Assembly (NCBI GenBank): GCA_040954595.2
Contig: CM082579.2
Span: 7,057,625-7,121,624 of the forward strand
DNA from: Balanoglossus misakiensis
Lineage: Eukaryota > Animalia > Hemichordata
Direction: 5' to 3'
Length of the DNA: 64,000 nt
Shown piece after piece: positions 52,301 to 64,000 of this stretch. The notes under the pieces are model-generated. The model was given only the letters and a program-made list of their open reading frames with translations, was not told the origin of the DNA and made no database searches. Each line of letters starts with the position of its first letter. Positions within the stretch are counted from its first letter, which is position 1. The position numbers and the translations under genes were made by a program.

Positions 52301-55300
52301 AAACGTGGAGTGGTACAGGGCTGTGGTCACCGGCGTCAAACACAGCGGGGATTTGGAGGTCATGTACGTGGATTACGGAAACGCCGAGATGCTGTCTCCG
52401 TCGAAAGTGAAAGAGATGCCGGAGAAATTCACAGAGCTGCCCGTGCAGGCCGTGCACTGTTCACTCACCAACGTCATTCCTAGCAGCGACACATGGACCA
52501 AGGAGCAAGTCGCCGCATTGAGAAATATGATAGAAAACCAGGCGTTCATGGCGTGTATTCACCGACTGGACCCAGCGCAAGAGGTGTACAGCGTAGAGCT
52601 TGTGGACAGCGCGAGCAACAGCATCAACGACAAGTTTGGAATGATGACAAAGACTCTGGCCAGACCAACAGCGGTCGGCGGAACATCGAGCAGTAAGATG
52701 CAGAAAGAGAGGGTGAACTCGGTGGACGTGCAGCCGCAGCTGAACAGGTTCAATGGTAATGCCAGATCTGCAGAACAGCACGCAGGTCGATTTCCAAACG
52801 CAATGCTGAATGTTAACCAGAACAATCGGTCCTCGGACATCCAACCTCTAATTGAAACAAACCAGCAGCAGAGCTACAAGCGCACCCAACTCTTGATGGA
52901 CGAATACTACGACGTGTTTGTGTCGTTCGTGACCAGCCCAGGTCAGTTTGTCTGCCAGCTGGCCAGAGAAAGCAACCAGCTGGACGAGCTCATGAACGAC
53001 ATCGCGGCTGTTTATTCGAAGGACGTTCCGGCCGATCTGAACCCGAAGTCCTTCGTGACCGGCCTGGTGTGTTGTGCGCAGTTCACGGAGGACGACGGCT
53101 GGTACCGCGCCCAAATCACCGGGTTGTCCGGACAGCAGGTGACGGTCAAGTACATCGACTATGGAAACTCGGAGCTCCTGCCCAGACACAGGGTGAAAAC
53201 ACTGAAGCCGGAATTCATGAAGCTTCCAGCTCAGGCCGTAGAGTGCAGCCTGTTCGGTGTGAGGCCGGTCGGCGGAGAGTGGACGGCGGACAGCGCTGCG
53301 TGTTTCCAGGAACTGACCGGAGACAAGAAACTGGTGGGGAATGTCGCAGCTATCGACAAGAACGGCACGGTGACCATGGAACTGCAGGACACGAACGGCC
53401 CAGACGATGCATTCATCAAAGATGAACTGGTCGCCTTGAACCACGCCATTATTGCTGATGATGCCCAAGAGAAACTGGAAGATGTCCCAAGACAACGCCA
53501 AACCAGAGGTGGGTACTGTTTATCTAATGAACATAAAATATTTGCCACCATAAAGTGCATCACCAGGAAAGACTTTTATCACACTGGGATTTATTTTCCC
53601 TGAAAACAAAAATTTTGAATATTACTTAATTTTTATTTTCACTATTTCTTGTCATCTGATGTGCAAAGAATATGAAATAATAATTTTCACTAGGATTTTA
53701 TTTTAGCAGAAAAATTAGTCCAACGAAAAAAGTGAAAATAAAATCCTGGTGAAAATTAAGTATTCTACAGTATGATGTGTTATGTACACAGTTGCCTGGC
53801 TGGTATGAATATATACAAAGTCAAAATTAATACAGGTGAACAAATGTATCACTATTTTGTTTCAAAATCCTGCCAAGAAAAGTTCAAACTTAATTCTAAT
53901 AATCAAACTATCAACTCTCCCCTCCTACTCTTAATAAATTTGGGGATTAACAAACACATAAAATATTATTCAGAATTACTTACTTTTACAAAAATGGACA
54001 TGTTTATTTATTCTCTTCATTTTGTGTATGTACAGATAGTGTCAGTTCAATGGTAGAACCGGCCATGACAAGCACTCCGTTCGATGCCAGGAAGGGAACT
54101 CCTTCAGTCGCCACGGAAACAGACGCAGATGTGACATTAGAGAAAACGCTTCACAAAGTGGAAGAAGCAACACCGCTGGACACCTCTCTGATATCAGTGC
54201 GCGCCGACCAGAAAAGGGGCACCTTTGTAGAGAACTCGTATGAGGTCAACGAAGACTTGAAGGTGACCGTTTCACACGTGAACAGTCCCATTGAGTTGTG
54301 GTGTCAGCCAGCCGAGCTCTCGGACGAGTTCTACGGCCTGTTAGACGAAATGAAATCCCACTACGACAAGCTGAAAGACTCGGAAGGAACGCTGGACCAC
54401 TACCTGCTGGGAAGTCAGTGCGTCGCCAAGTTCTCCCTGGACGAGAGCTGGTATCGGGCCGCCGTGATCGGGCGGACGCCCAGCCACCTGAAGGTGCTCT
54501 TTGTGGACTACGGCAACGCAGAAACGGTGCCGGTGGAAAAAGTGAAAGAAATTGAAGGGAAGTTCATGAAAATACCAGTGCAGGCTTTCCAGTGTGGCTT
54601 GAGCGGGTTTACAGAAGGTGGAAATCAGGAGCAGTTACAGAAGCTGGTCGGTGACGGACGAATTCTGAGTTGTAGGATCGTGAACTGCCACGCCACTGGT
54701 ATCTACGAGGTGAATTTGATGGATGGCGGCAAAGATGTTGGTGAACAGCTGAGAGTGCTGATGAAAGCCACTGTGAACGAAGACAACAAGACCAAAACTA
54801 CAGGTAAGTGACAATACATTTGAATGGCCGTCAGTTTTTGAGACTCTCCACTTCAAAACTGCCCAGATTTTTTCTGCTAACAACAAGAGATATGATGGTG
54901 TAATTCAACAACATTGCAAGACAGTGAAAATGTACATTGTTTGTGTTTTACTGGCATAAACCTTTCTAAGTTGCGTGTTTTCTTATTCACAGACACCACT
55001 CCACCACCAGGAGAGCAGCAGCGTTCAGCCAGCATTCCAGATGAGATAGAAGTTGGTCAATTTGAAGACCTTCTAGTCAGCCACGTGGATAGCGCATCTA
55101 GACTGTGGTGCAATCTGGCCAAGAACTGCAACCAAGTGTACCAGTTGCTGGCCGAGATGGGTAGTTTCTACGAGGCTGGTGGCTCCAAGTTGTCTGAGCC
55201 TGTAACTGTCGGACGCGCGTGCGCTGCCAAGTATGTCGACGGAAGTTGGTATCGTGCTGTTGTCCGTGGAATCGAGGATGACTCTGTGTTTGTGTTCTTC

Positions 55301-58300
55301 ATTGATTTCGGAAATGAAGATAAAGTCGACGTGGGTAGCTTGAGAGTGTTGGACGAGAAGTTTCAGCATCTACCGCCACAGGCAGTGGAGTGTGTCTTGC
55401 AGGGCGTCTCGGACAGCAAGGGGAGTGCGTACACGGCAGTCCAGGATCTGACGGCGGATAAACAACTGGTCGGCAGAGTTCTTGAGAAGACGACTCCGAA
55501 GTTGATCATCGAGCTGTTTGACACCACCGGAGAAACAGATGTGAACATCAACGAGGAAATCCAGAAAATCGCAGCAGAAGAATTTGAGAGAGCTGAAGCA
55601 GCCACCCAGACCTCGCCCGTGACCGTTCCTGAGCAAGTTGTTGCCGAGAGTTCAACGCACTATCTTGAGCAGCGGCTGGAAAGTGGCAGTACAAGAGAAG
55701 GGTACGTCTCTCACGTCGACAGCATTCGCAAATTCTTCGTGCAGTTTGCCGGTGACGAGGAGAAGTTGACCGCCATGGAGACGGAGATCCAGCGACTCCA
55801 AGACGGGATGGCCGCAGTGGAGAACGCAATTGTAGGCCAGCCGTGCTGTGCCAGGGATTCTGTTCACGAGACCTGGTGCCGCGCTCGCATTGAGAGCGTG
55901 AGTGACAAGCTGGCCACAGTGCGGTTTGTGGATTACGGCAACTCGGAGACCGTTCCCGTTTCTGATCTGAAAGTGCCGAATGCGCAGATGCTCAGAGAAC
56001 CGCCGTTTGCAGTGGAGTGTTCGCTGGAAAATATCGGTAATGCCGAAACTGCGGCTGGCATTTCTGATTATTTCATGGAGTGCACGATGGACAAGAATCT
56101 GCAGATCACTTTCGTGTCCACGGAGAGATGTTGCAAAGTGAAAGTGACATGCGACGACCAAGACGCCGGTAGCATGATCAGTGAGAAATTTGAGACCGCA
56201 GCCGAACCAGAGGAGACCAGCACTTCCTCCGCAGGTCCAGTGAAAGACTTGGTCGAATGTGTGGAAACACTCCAAATCAGAGAAACTGCCAGTGTGACGG
56301 ACAAGTACAAGAAGCATACTTTCCAAGTGGGAGAGACGTACACTGTGTACCTGTCCAGCGTAGAATCGCCGTGGAAGTTCTGGTGTCAGGTAGCAGAGTC
56401 CACCTCGCGGCTGACAGAGCTCGACGAGAAGATCCAAGATTACTGCGCCGCCGGTCGCAGCGGGGATGCAGCCGTCCAGGCCGTTACCGTAGGGATGCCC
56501 TGTCTGGCGTTCTTCGCAGAAGACAAGCGATGGTACCGGGGTCGAGTTACCGACATTGGCGTGTCGTCGTACACGGTGCTCTTCGTGGATTACGGCAACT
56601 CGGCAGAGTGCGAGATAGGAAGTCTGCGCACCATTCCACAGGAGCTCATTCAGTTGGAAGAGCAGTCCATCCAATGCTGCCTGTCGGGGATTAAAAGCCA
56701 GTGTGAAGAGAGGTGGTCCCACGAGAGCGAAGTCAGGTTTGAAGAAATGACACTGGAGATCGAGCTCAAGGCCAAGGTCGTGAGCTTTGACGGATCGAGG
56801 TGCTGCGTCGAGCTGTTCAGTGGGGAGAGTTGCATCGCCGATGTGCTGGTGAAGGAGGGGTTGGTTGAACAGAACGAAAAGTGTGATGGTGTTGAGAGTG
56901 AGAAAGAAGATGATGGAAAAGAGTTGCACGGAGACCCGGCACCCGTAGAAATGAGTCGCAAAGAAGATAAAGAGGCAAGGGAAAATGTGATAGAACCAGC
57001 GGATCACCAGGGAGAGGCAACAGATGGATTGGATGAAATCTCCAGCACGGTTGAAGAAGATAAGGAAGAGACGAGATCAGGTGAAGAAGAAAAGTCCGGA
57101 GCAAAGACAGACGCAGGAAGTGCTCGGCCACCAGAATTGGAACCAGTTCCAGAGGAGTGCGCGCAGATCAACCTGTACACCATTGCCGAGATGGAGGTGA
57201 GCGCCAAGGAGGAGGCCTTCGTCAGTGTGGTGTCCTCAGTGTCCAAGGTCTACTGTCACGTCAAGAGGCTGCAGCCAAAGTTGGATTCCCTGGCAGCGTC
57301 GCTACAGCAGGACTACTCGCAGATGCAGGAGGACGACCTGCAGCTGGAGTGCACGGAAATCGGCACCGCCTGCGCCGTAGAGAACCACAAGGACGGACGT
57401 TGGTACCGCGCCATCATCTGCGGCCAGATCGACGCCTCCCGAGTCGAGGTCTTCTATGTGGACTACGGCCACGTGCAAGTGGCCCCCGTCACCAGTACTA
57501 AGCAGCTGAAGAAGGAATACTTTGAAGTACCGGCACTGGCCGTGAAGTGCTACATCAGGGAGGTCATTGAAGCCGGCCTCTTGTCAACCAGTAAGGCGAT
57601 GTCTTCCATCAGGGAGCTGGTCACCGACAAGACCATGACCATACACGTCATTGAGCGCGTCTTCACTGGAGTCTACCTGGTGGAGCTGTACGATGGAGAC
57701 AGTTCTGTCGGACAGACCATGCTGGATATTCTGAAGCCCAAGACGAAGGCAATGCCGCTGACAGACTTGGAAAGTCATATGGTCGAGTACGTGCAGTCGC
57801 CTGCTGCCAAAAGTCAGGCCGGGAGGTCGCCGTTTCATGAAACGTTTTGCGGCGATGATGGGGAGCTGGGTGATGCAAATGATGATGAAGAGCCTGCAGA
57901 TGACGCGAAAACAGATGGAAGAGGCGAAGGTGATGCGGCTCCGAAGTTTCCTGATCTTGATGAGACTTGCGAGACGAGCGATCCACCGAGAGAAGAGATC
58001 GAATTACAACAAGTCAGTCTGGCAGTTGGGTTCAGCACGCAGGTGTACTATTTAAGCCAGACCTCTCCGGATCTGTTCATCTGTCAGTTCGCGGACACAG
58101 CCGAGAGACTGGACAGCCTGCACGCGGAGATATCCGAGCACTGCTCCGGCGACGCCGAGTGCATCAGCTCGCCAGTGGTCGGCCAGCCCTGCTTGGTGCA
58201 GTATTCCAAGGACTGCCAGTGGTACAGGGCAGTCGTCACGGCCACCCACGGTCCCCAGAACGACGTGTACTTTGTGGACTACGGGAACTGCGAAAGTGTG

Positions 58301-61300
58301 TCGGCCAGCTACATTCGGGCCGTTCCGCCGTCCCTGGCCGAACTTCCTATGCAAGCTATCAAGTGTCGCCTTGCCAACGTTGGAGCTGTTGGTCAAGAAT
58401 GGAGTGAGGAAGCCATTGCTTTGTTTGAAGGTACGTATAGCAAGTATAAGCCATACAAATATACCATTGCTGGGCATGTGACTGACAGCTGCCCTCTGTT
58501 ATCAACAGTAAGACACAAGTCATGTCATTTCACAGGGATGTGGTCATTTTCACTTTGTCATGTTTACGTGAGCAGAACACCACAAAGAACACCTAAATTG
58601 ACTTTCAAATGCCAACAAATTTGTGCACTGTATAGGACAGCTATGAGCTTTGTAGTTTCTTACTTATTACTGTAGTTTTGTAAAAATTTGTTTTTCCCGT
58701 ATGTCTATCTGTCCAGATTGTTGCCATGACAAACTGTTGACGGCCGAGATCGTGGATGTGGATGAGGATGGAGTGGTTGATGTGAAACTGCTGAATGAAG
58801 ATGGCGCAGATGTCTGTCTTACCCTTGTTGCTGCCAACCATGCTACATGGAAATCGAAAAATAAAGGTGGGTGATGTGTGTACAATATCCAGGATTGAAG
58901 AAATGAAAATCTTCATTAAATCGACCTTTTAAATTTCCACACTATTCTTAGAATAATTCTGGGAAAAAATCTCAGTCTCCTAATAAAGTAAATGGTCAGA
59001 TTTTGTTTCGTTCAGTGTCAGTTATGATGAAATCCTTGTCACTGCAGATGTTGCTGAGGAGAGTCACAAAAATGAGACGACGTCTTCGTCGGTGGATGAA
59101 GATGGATGCAAAGAGATCACCGATGGTGATGATGAAGAAAGTCCGTCATTGGAAAGTCACGGAGCAGACGGCGACATGGAGACTTTGGAATTCAGCGCAA
59201 CAGAGCATCAAGATAGCGTGTCTGACACTGCAATCAGCGACGTTTGGAAAAGCAGCGACGATCACTTGTTGGACACCACTGAGGAAACCCAAACCCAAGT
59301 CGCTAGTGTGCGTGTCTGGCACGACTCGGACGGAGGGGGTGTGATTGGAAAGTGCGTGGAAGTCGTTGACATCTCCAGGGAGGACGACGATGTTGAAGCG
59401 GGCGATGCCGGGAAAGAGAGCGGTTCCTCTGTCAGGATCCAGGAGATGGCGGTGCCCGAGATTACGATCACTCAGTACCACGACATCGACAGCAGCATCT
59501 GCAGTTTGAGTGTATCGCAGAGTGACGACTTGCCGCGGGTGGACTTCGGCCAGGGAGACGATCATTGCGAAGAGACGGAGAAGGGTGAAGTCGAAGTCGA
59601 CAGCGATCAGAAGGCAGAGATCGACAAGGAGCCTGACAATTCAGAAGGCTGCTGCACAGCGGCCTCTATGGACAGTGATGCAAGCGTGCCAGGTGAAGTT
59701 TCACAGCCAAGTTCCGAAGATGGAGACGAAGGTAGAGTGTATTCAGTCACAGACGAAATCCTGATGGACCTGATTTCAAAACTACACCTCCGGGGCGAAC
59801 CCGATGCTGGACCTGGAGAGACTTCTTCAGCAGATGAACCTGAAGGCAGCGACGGCGGCGATGATCACGCAAATGCGTCTCGCGGAGAAAAGCAAGAAAA
59901 GAGAGAGCAGTATGCTGCAACAGAACTGTCGGGGTGGACAGAAGGGACAACCAGTGATGTCAGTGGACTGTCGTCGGTCGAGCTGGCCCGCGACGCCATG
60001 ACCTCCGGCGAGCAGACCGAGATCGAAGTCAGCGCGCGGGAGGAGTTGGAGGCGACGTGGGACGAAGGAGAGATACCGGAGGAGGTGGATTTCGCCCAGC
60101 AACTCGACATGCCCAGAGCTGTTGGTCCGGTCAAAGACGCCGAGTACCTGGTGTTGGAGGAGGAGGATGAGGTGTACGCCGAGAAGAACGTCGTGCTGTT
60201 CAGCGGCGACGTCCAAAACGAAGCAGGTAATGTGAGCGAAGAAACTAGCGAGTGTCTGCACACGCCAATGAGTTACTGCAGTGATGAAATGGAGGTCTGG
60301 TTCGATGTCTCGGAGGGTAGCACGGGTGAGCAGGTCGCGCTCGGCACCGCGGACGAGCGGGCGGAGTCCACGGAGCTCAGCGATGCGCTGGGCGTCGACA
60401 CAAGTGATGGGTCGGCCGGTTCCGGTGTTAGCGTGGAGAGTGACGGAAGGGTGGAGATCGGTGCGGCCGGCAGCACGGATGAGTTTGAGCGTCCTCAAAT
60501 CGAGGCGCACTTGTCAGCGGAGAGCGATAGTACGGACGAGAACATGAGCCGGTCAACAGCACCACCTGGTTGTCTGACCAGTGACTCCGCGGGTGGAGAT
60601 GTTGACCAGCCTCGAGACGAAGCACAAGACGGCGGTAGTCGAGCAACGCAGGATGCAGATGAAGGGAGAGATTTAACCGACGAGGAAATGTCACTCATCA
60701 GGGATTTCGTGAAAGAAATCACTTTGGAGGCAGCGTATCACTTGATAGGCGTCACGGAATCAGAAACGAGTATCGACGCAGCCATAGTAGTACCCAGTGA
60801 TAGTGATAGGTCAGGCAGCAGATACAACAACGCCTGTGGTGACCAACATGACATAACCAGTGAGATATACTACGAGGACGATAGTAGTGAGGAAGGTAAC
60901 CCTGACCTGTGTGTCATAGGCACACAAATTCAACCTATCAGTGCAGATGACGTGGCGGAGACCTCTAGTGGTCACGCAGGTGGAGCCGATAACTCCCATG
61001 ATACTTTGCACGCGGACGAGAGTGAGGGAAGTAGCATGACAGGCAGCCAATCAGAGAAGTTAGAATTGAGAGAAATAGGTCAGGTAGAGGTCGCCGAGTC
61101 CAGTCAGGGCACTAGGGCAGAATTCGATGCTTCAACATTAGGTGAGATACGCGAGACTATCCATATTCCAGGTAAGATCCTGTGATATGCATGCAAATGT
61201 GATTTTTATTTCTAACATTTTTTGGTTTTACTTTTCGTATTTTGGTTCCTGTTCTTTTTGTTTAAAATTCCCATATCTAAAGCTAAATGTTTTGTTTTAA

Positions 61301-62010
61301 TAATTGCCTCTGTTCTTACAGTTTGCATTCAGGAAGAGGAAGAAGGTCTTTCAGAGACAGTGAGAAAATATCAACTGCCAAGGTAATGTGCCATCCATGA
61401 TCTTGGATTTCTTAACATGCTCAGCTTATGGGCCCATCCCATCAAAACATTTTTAATAAGTTGTTGCCAATTTATTGAAGTCAGTTATGTTTGTGTCTAT
61501 TGTAGGAAGAGCACAGTGTCATCAGATGATTGGGTTGATATCAACACTGACGATATGGATGAAACATTCACTGGTAAGTGGACATGTGTCAAGACATTGG
61601 AAATGAACAACTGTGAGGTTTAGCAACTCAAGAATGAACACCAGATGGCGCTGTTCTGCCAATTACATTGTACGCTTATATTGCTAGAATATGGAAAGCG
61701 AACTCTCCCACTGCAAAGAAACCCCCATTTCCCAATTGTAGAGGTCCAAGTTTACCCCCAGATAAACAACAGAATTGGACAAAACTGTGCTAGTGAGAGG
61801 GTTGGAAATAAAATGTACATTTGGTCACGGTGCTACCGGTACTGTCATATCTTTTCAGGAAATTTGGATTTAGTAGCAGGCCAAATCACCACACGCCACG
61901 TATCTTCAACAAATCTCACGCATGTGCATGACTTAGTAATTTATCAACATTTTTGTCTTGCAGCAGATGATGTGGGAACCAATCATGACAGTGATGAACA
62001 AACCAAATAG
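49389..62010 (+). CDS. Giant multi-Tudor protein (TDRD6/TDRD15/Drosophila Tudor-like): 12 extended Tudor domains plus acidic tail, ~3590 aa
   Basis: Exons 49389-53508, 54036-54803, 54993-58430, 58717-58866, 59048-61171, 61322-61382, 61506-61573 and 61964-62010 total 10776 nt in frame. Twelve repeats of P..F.CQ...C.A.F.ED..WYRA.I....V.YVDYGN.E.......P.QA..C.L (6 in exon 1, 1 in exon 2, 5 in exons 3-4). Strong start context AAAATGGCG. The exon 5 acceptor is the least certain boundary. Confidence 0.9.
53560..53772. mobile_element. Degenerate MITE-like repeat in Tudor intron 1
   Basis: Inverted pair TTTTCACTAGGATTTTATTTT (~53684) and AAAATAAAATCCTGGTGAAAA (~53735), repeated TTTATTTTC units, and a Tc1/mariner-like end TACAGTA at 53772. 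The left terminus is not recognisable. Confidence 0.4.
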
Positions 62011-64000
62011 TGAAGAAGATGTCAAGGGAAAAAATACAAAATGTTAGTAGTTGTAACATCAAACCGTGTTACAGTAGAGATTTTTCATGATGTTTAGTGC
62101 AAAAGCATTCCTGTGTTGCGAATTTTCTGAAGGTTAAATTAGACGATTGAAACATTTAGTTAAACATTGCAAAAAAAAAAGAGAAAAATTGCCAAAAACA
62201 AAAACAAATTTTAATTCCAAAATCTCAGTTACAGAAATGCATACTATAATGTTATTCTAAGATTGTTCAAGTTTTCTTATTAATGCTTTTTCCACAAGTT
62301 CCTGAGATGCATACCAGCCTAGTAGTGAAAACTTCCATTCAGTTGAATTTTGTTTTTGCCAAAGAAGGGAAAGCTTCTACTTTTGACCGTAGAAACAAAG
62401 TCTTACCTTTTGATATCTTTGTGGTATTCATCATGACAGCAGTACTTGGTCACAGAAAAAAAATTAGCGATAGTTGTTTTGATTATTTTTATAGTTAGGT
62501 AAGTCGTGTAATCCTGCACAGCTTTTCAGGAATTTCACCAACACCACATTGACAAGTTCACACTGGTTGTTGTTAACATACTGTTGTAGATCACATACTC
62601 TTTCTAAGTTTCCAAGCTTGCCTTGTATGGTGCTGTTGCTCAAATGCTTCGGTCATTGGTCCATTCATAACCAGTCAATGAATCCCCCCCCCTCCGGATA
62701 AGTGACATCCTTGAGAACTAGAACTCCATCCTCATGTTGCTTCACTAAGGCTGCTGTCTGAGTAGTTTCAATATTATTCCACCACCAGAACTAGCGTTTA
62801 ATTAAACCACAGCCTGGAGCAGTATGCCCAGACCGACCTGATTCTCTTTTGGGAGGGGGGGGGGGGTTGTCCGAAGTCGGATTCATTGTTAGATGTTATT
62901 TCCAAACGCAAGGTTGACGTTCAGACATTAAAAGTTCATGTTGCATATTTTGAAAAGAGATCTGTGTCATCAGATTACTGTTCTGGTCATGACCCATCCT
63001 CTGCAGGGGTGTGTAGTTATGCTTGGAAGTGGAAGCAAAGTGATGATGTTGGGGAGGATTGGAGGCAAATGTTTCTTCTTGGGGGACAGTAATACTGAGA
63101 ATAAGATGTTGCTAAGCAACCAGTTTTCAATAGACCTTCCATTTCCCATGCGTATAGATCCTTGGCAAAAGGTGTTGAAGAAACTACAAGCTTCAAGCTA
63201 CATTTACTATTTTTGTACTAATTCCAGGAAGTATAAAGTAAGCATCCAATGCTTGCTTGTCAACCGTAACTCTGTCACATCAACTCCAAGAAAGGGCATG
63301 ATACCGGTGATATCAGTGGATTTAATCTCATCACATATAACTCCCAGCATAACTGTATGCAAATCATCGTTGTTGCTTGTGTCAAAGTACACCGTGACAC
63401 AATCCCTCTGTAATCATGGTAATAGAGAGACCTGTGACCATGAGTACACATACCTGGGCACCCTGTACCTGTTCATATCGACCCTTTATTGATTTACCCC
63501 AATGAATGCAATCAGACAAGAAGCACGTCCACAACTAGAAAAGGACGTTCACCCTTAGGATAAACGCCCCGCCCAACTTATTATGCTTTGATATTTGCAT
63601 ATGAATACCAAAGGCTGGTACTAGCTGTCCCCGATTATGACTCACTCATTATTTATTTATTTATGTAGATAGCTAAAAACCAAGGTCTTTACTGCCCATT
63701 AGCGCTGATCCGTCACTGATAATCACAAAATAGTTCAGCAGCCAGGCTTTTTACAAACTTTCACGTACCATTGGATAGTGTTGTTATTGTCCATCTTCTA
63801 AACAATTATCATCATCATCATCAAACAAAATCTTCAATCAGAGAGAAACCACTTCACGTAACACTACTAGTGAGACTTTGCAAAATAACTTAAAAGGTGG
63901 CAAGTTCACCACTATTTATTTGAATGCAAAGGTGTTGTGATGCTAAGACATAGAGAATGAGTATTCAACCACACCAAGAACCAAGGATTCAAATTGTATA

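Noticed and set aside
49484-61050. Many long antisense and alternative-frame ORFs inside the Tudor gene (e.g. 55652-57007, 451 aa)
   Set aside because: Expected shadows of GC3-rich coding sequence; no recognisable domains.
62676-62888. Short inverted match CAATGAATCC / GGATTCATTG with C and G runs
   Set aside because: Only ~10 bp of clean complementarity and no clear target duplication; too weak to call a MITE.
62938-63492. 184-aa plus-strand ORF and 61-aa minus-strand ORF near the window end
   Set aside because: Non-ATG starts, no family motifs or convincing splice context; may be decayed repeat sequence but I cannot support a call.

Overview
Gene-dense, intron-rich animal genomic DNA; the gene set and AT-rich introns suggest a marine invertebrate, possibly a non-vertebrate deuterostome (inference only). 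Hand-spliced gene order: 3' end of a folate-receptor-family paralog (+); a complete folate-receptor/riboflavin-binding-protein family gene (+) convergent with an SLC52 riboflavin transporter (-); two tandem TNF-receptor-superfamily genes without death domains (+); RAD50 (-, about 40 exons) head-to-head with a C8orf48/DUF4606-like gene (+); UBL3 (-) head-to-head with a ~3590-aa protein carrying 12 extended Tudor domains (+). Several MITE families and microsatellites lie in the non-coding DNA. Best leads: (1) the Tudor protein's ~750-aa acidic tail carries PxIxIT, FFAT-like, AKAP-like and LIR motifs, a candidate germ-granule signalling/autophagy scaffold; (2) a FOLR/RfBP-family array with an altered ligand pocket beside a riboflavin transporter, a candidate vitamin capture-and-import module; (3) the FOLR-like core promoter sits in the loop of a fold-back element; (4) paired TNFRs with similar ectodomains and unrelated tails bearing ITIM-like motifs. 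All family assignments come from remembered motifs, not database searches.
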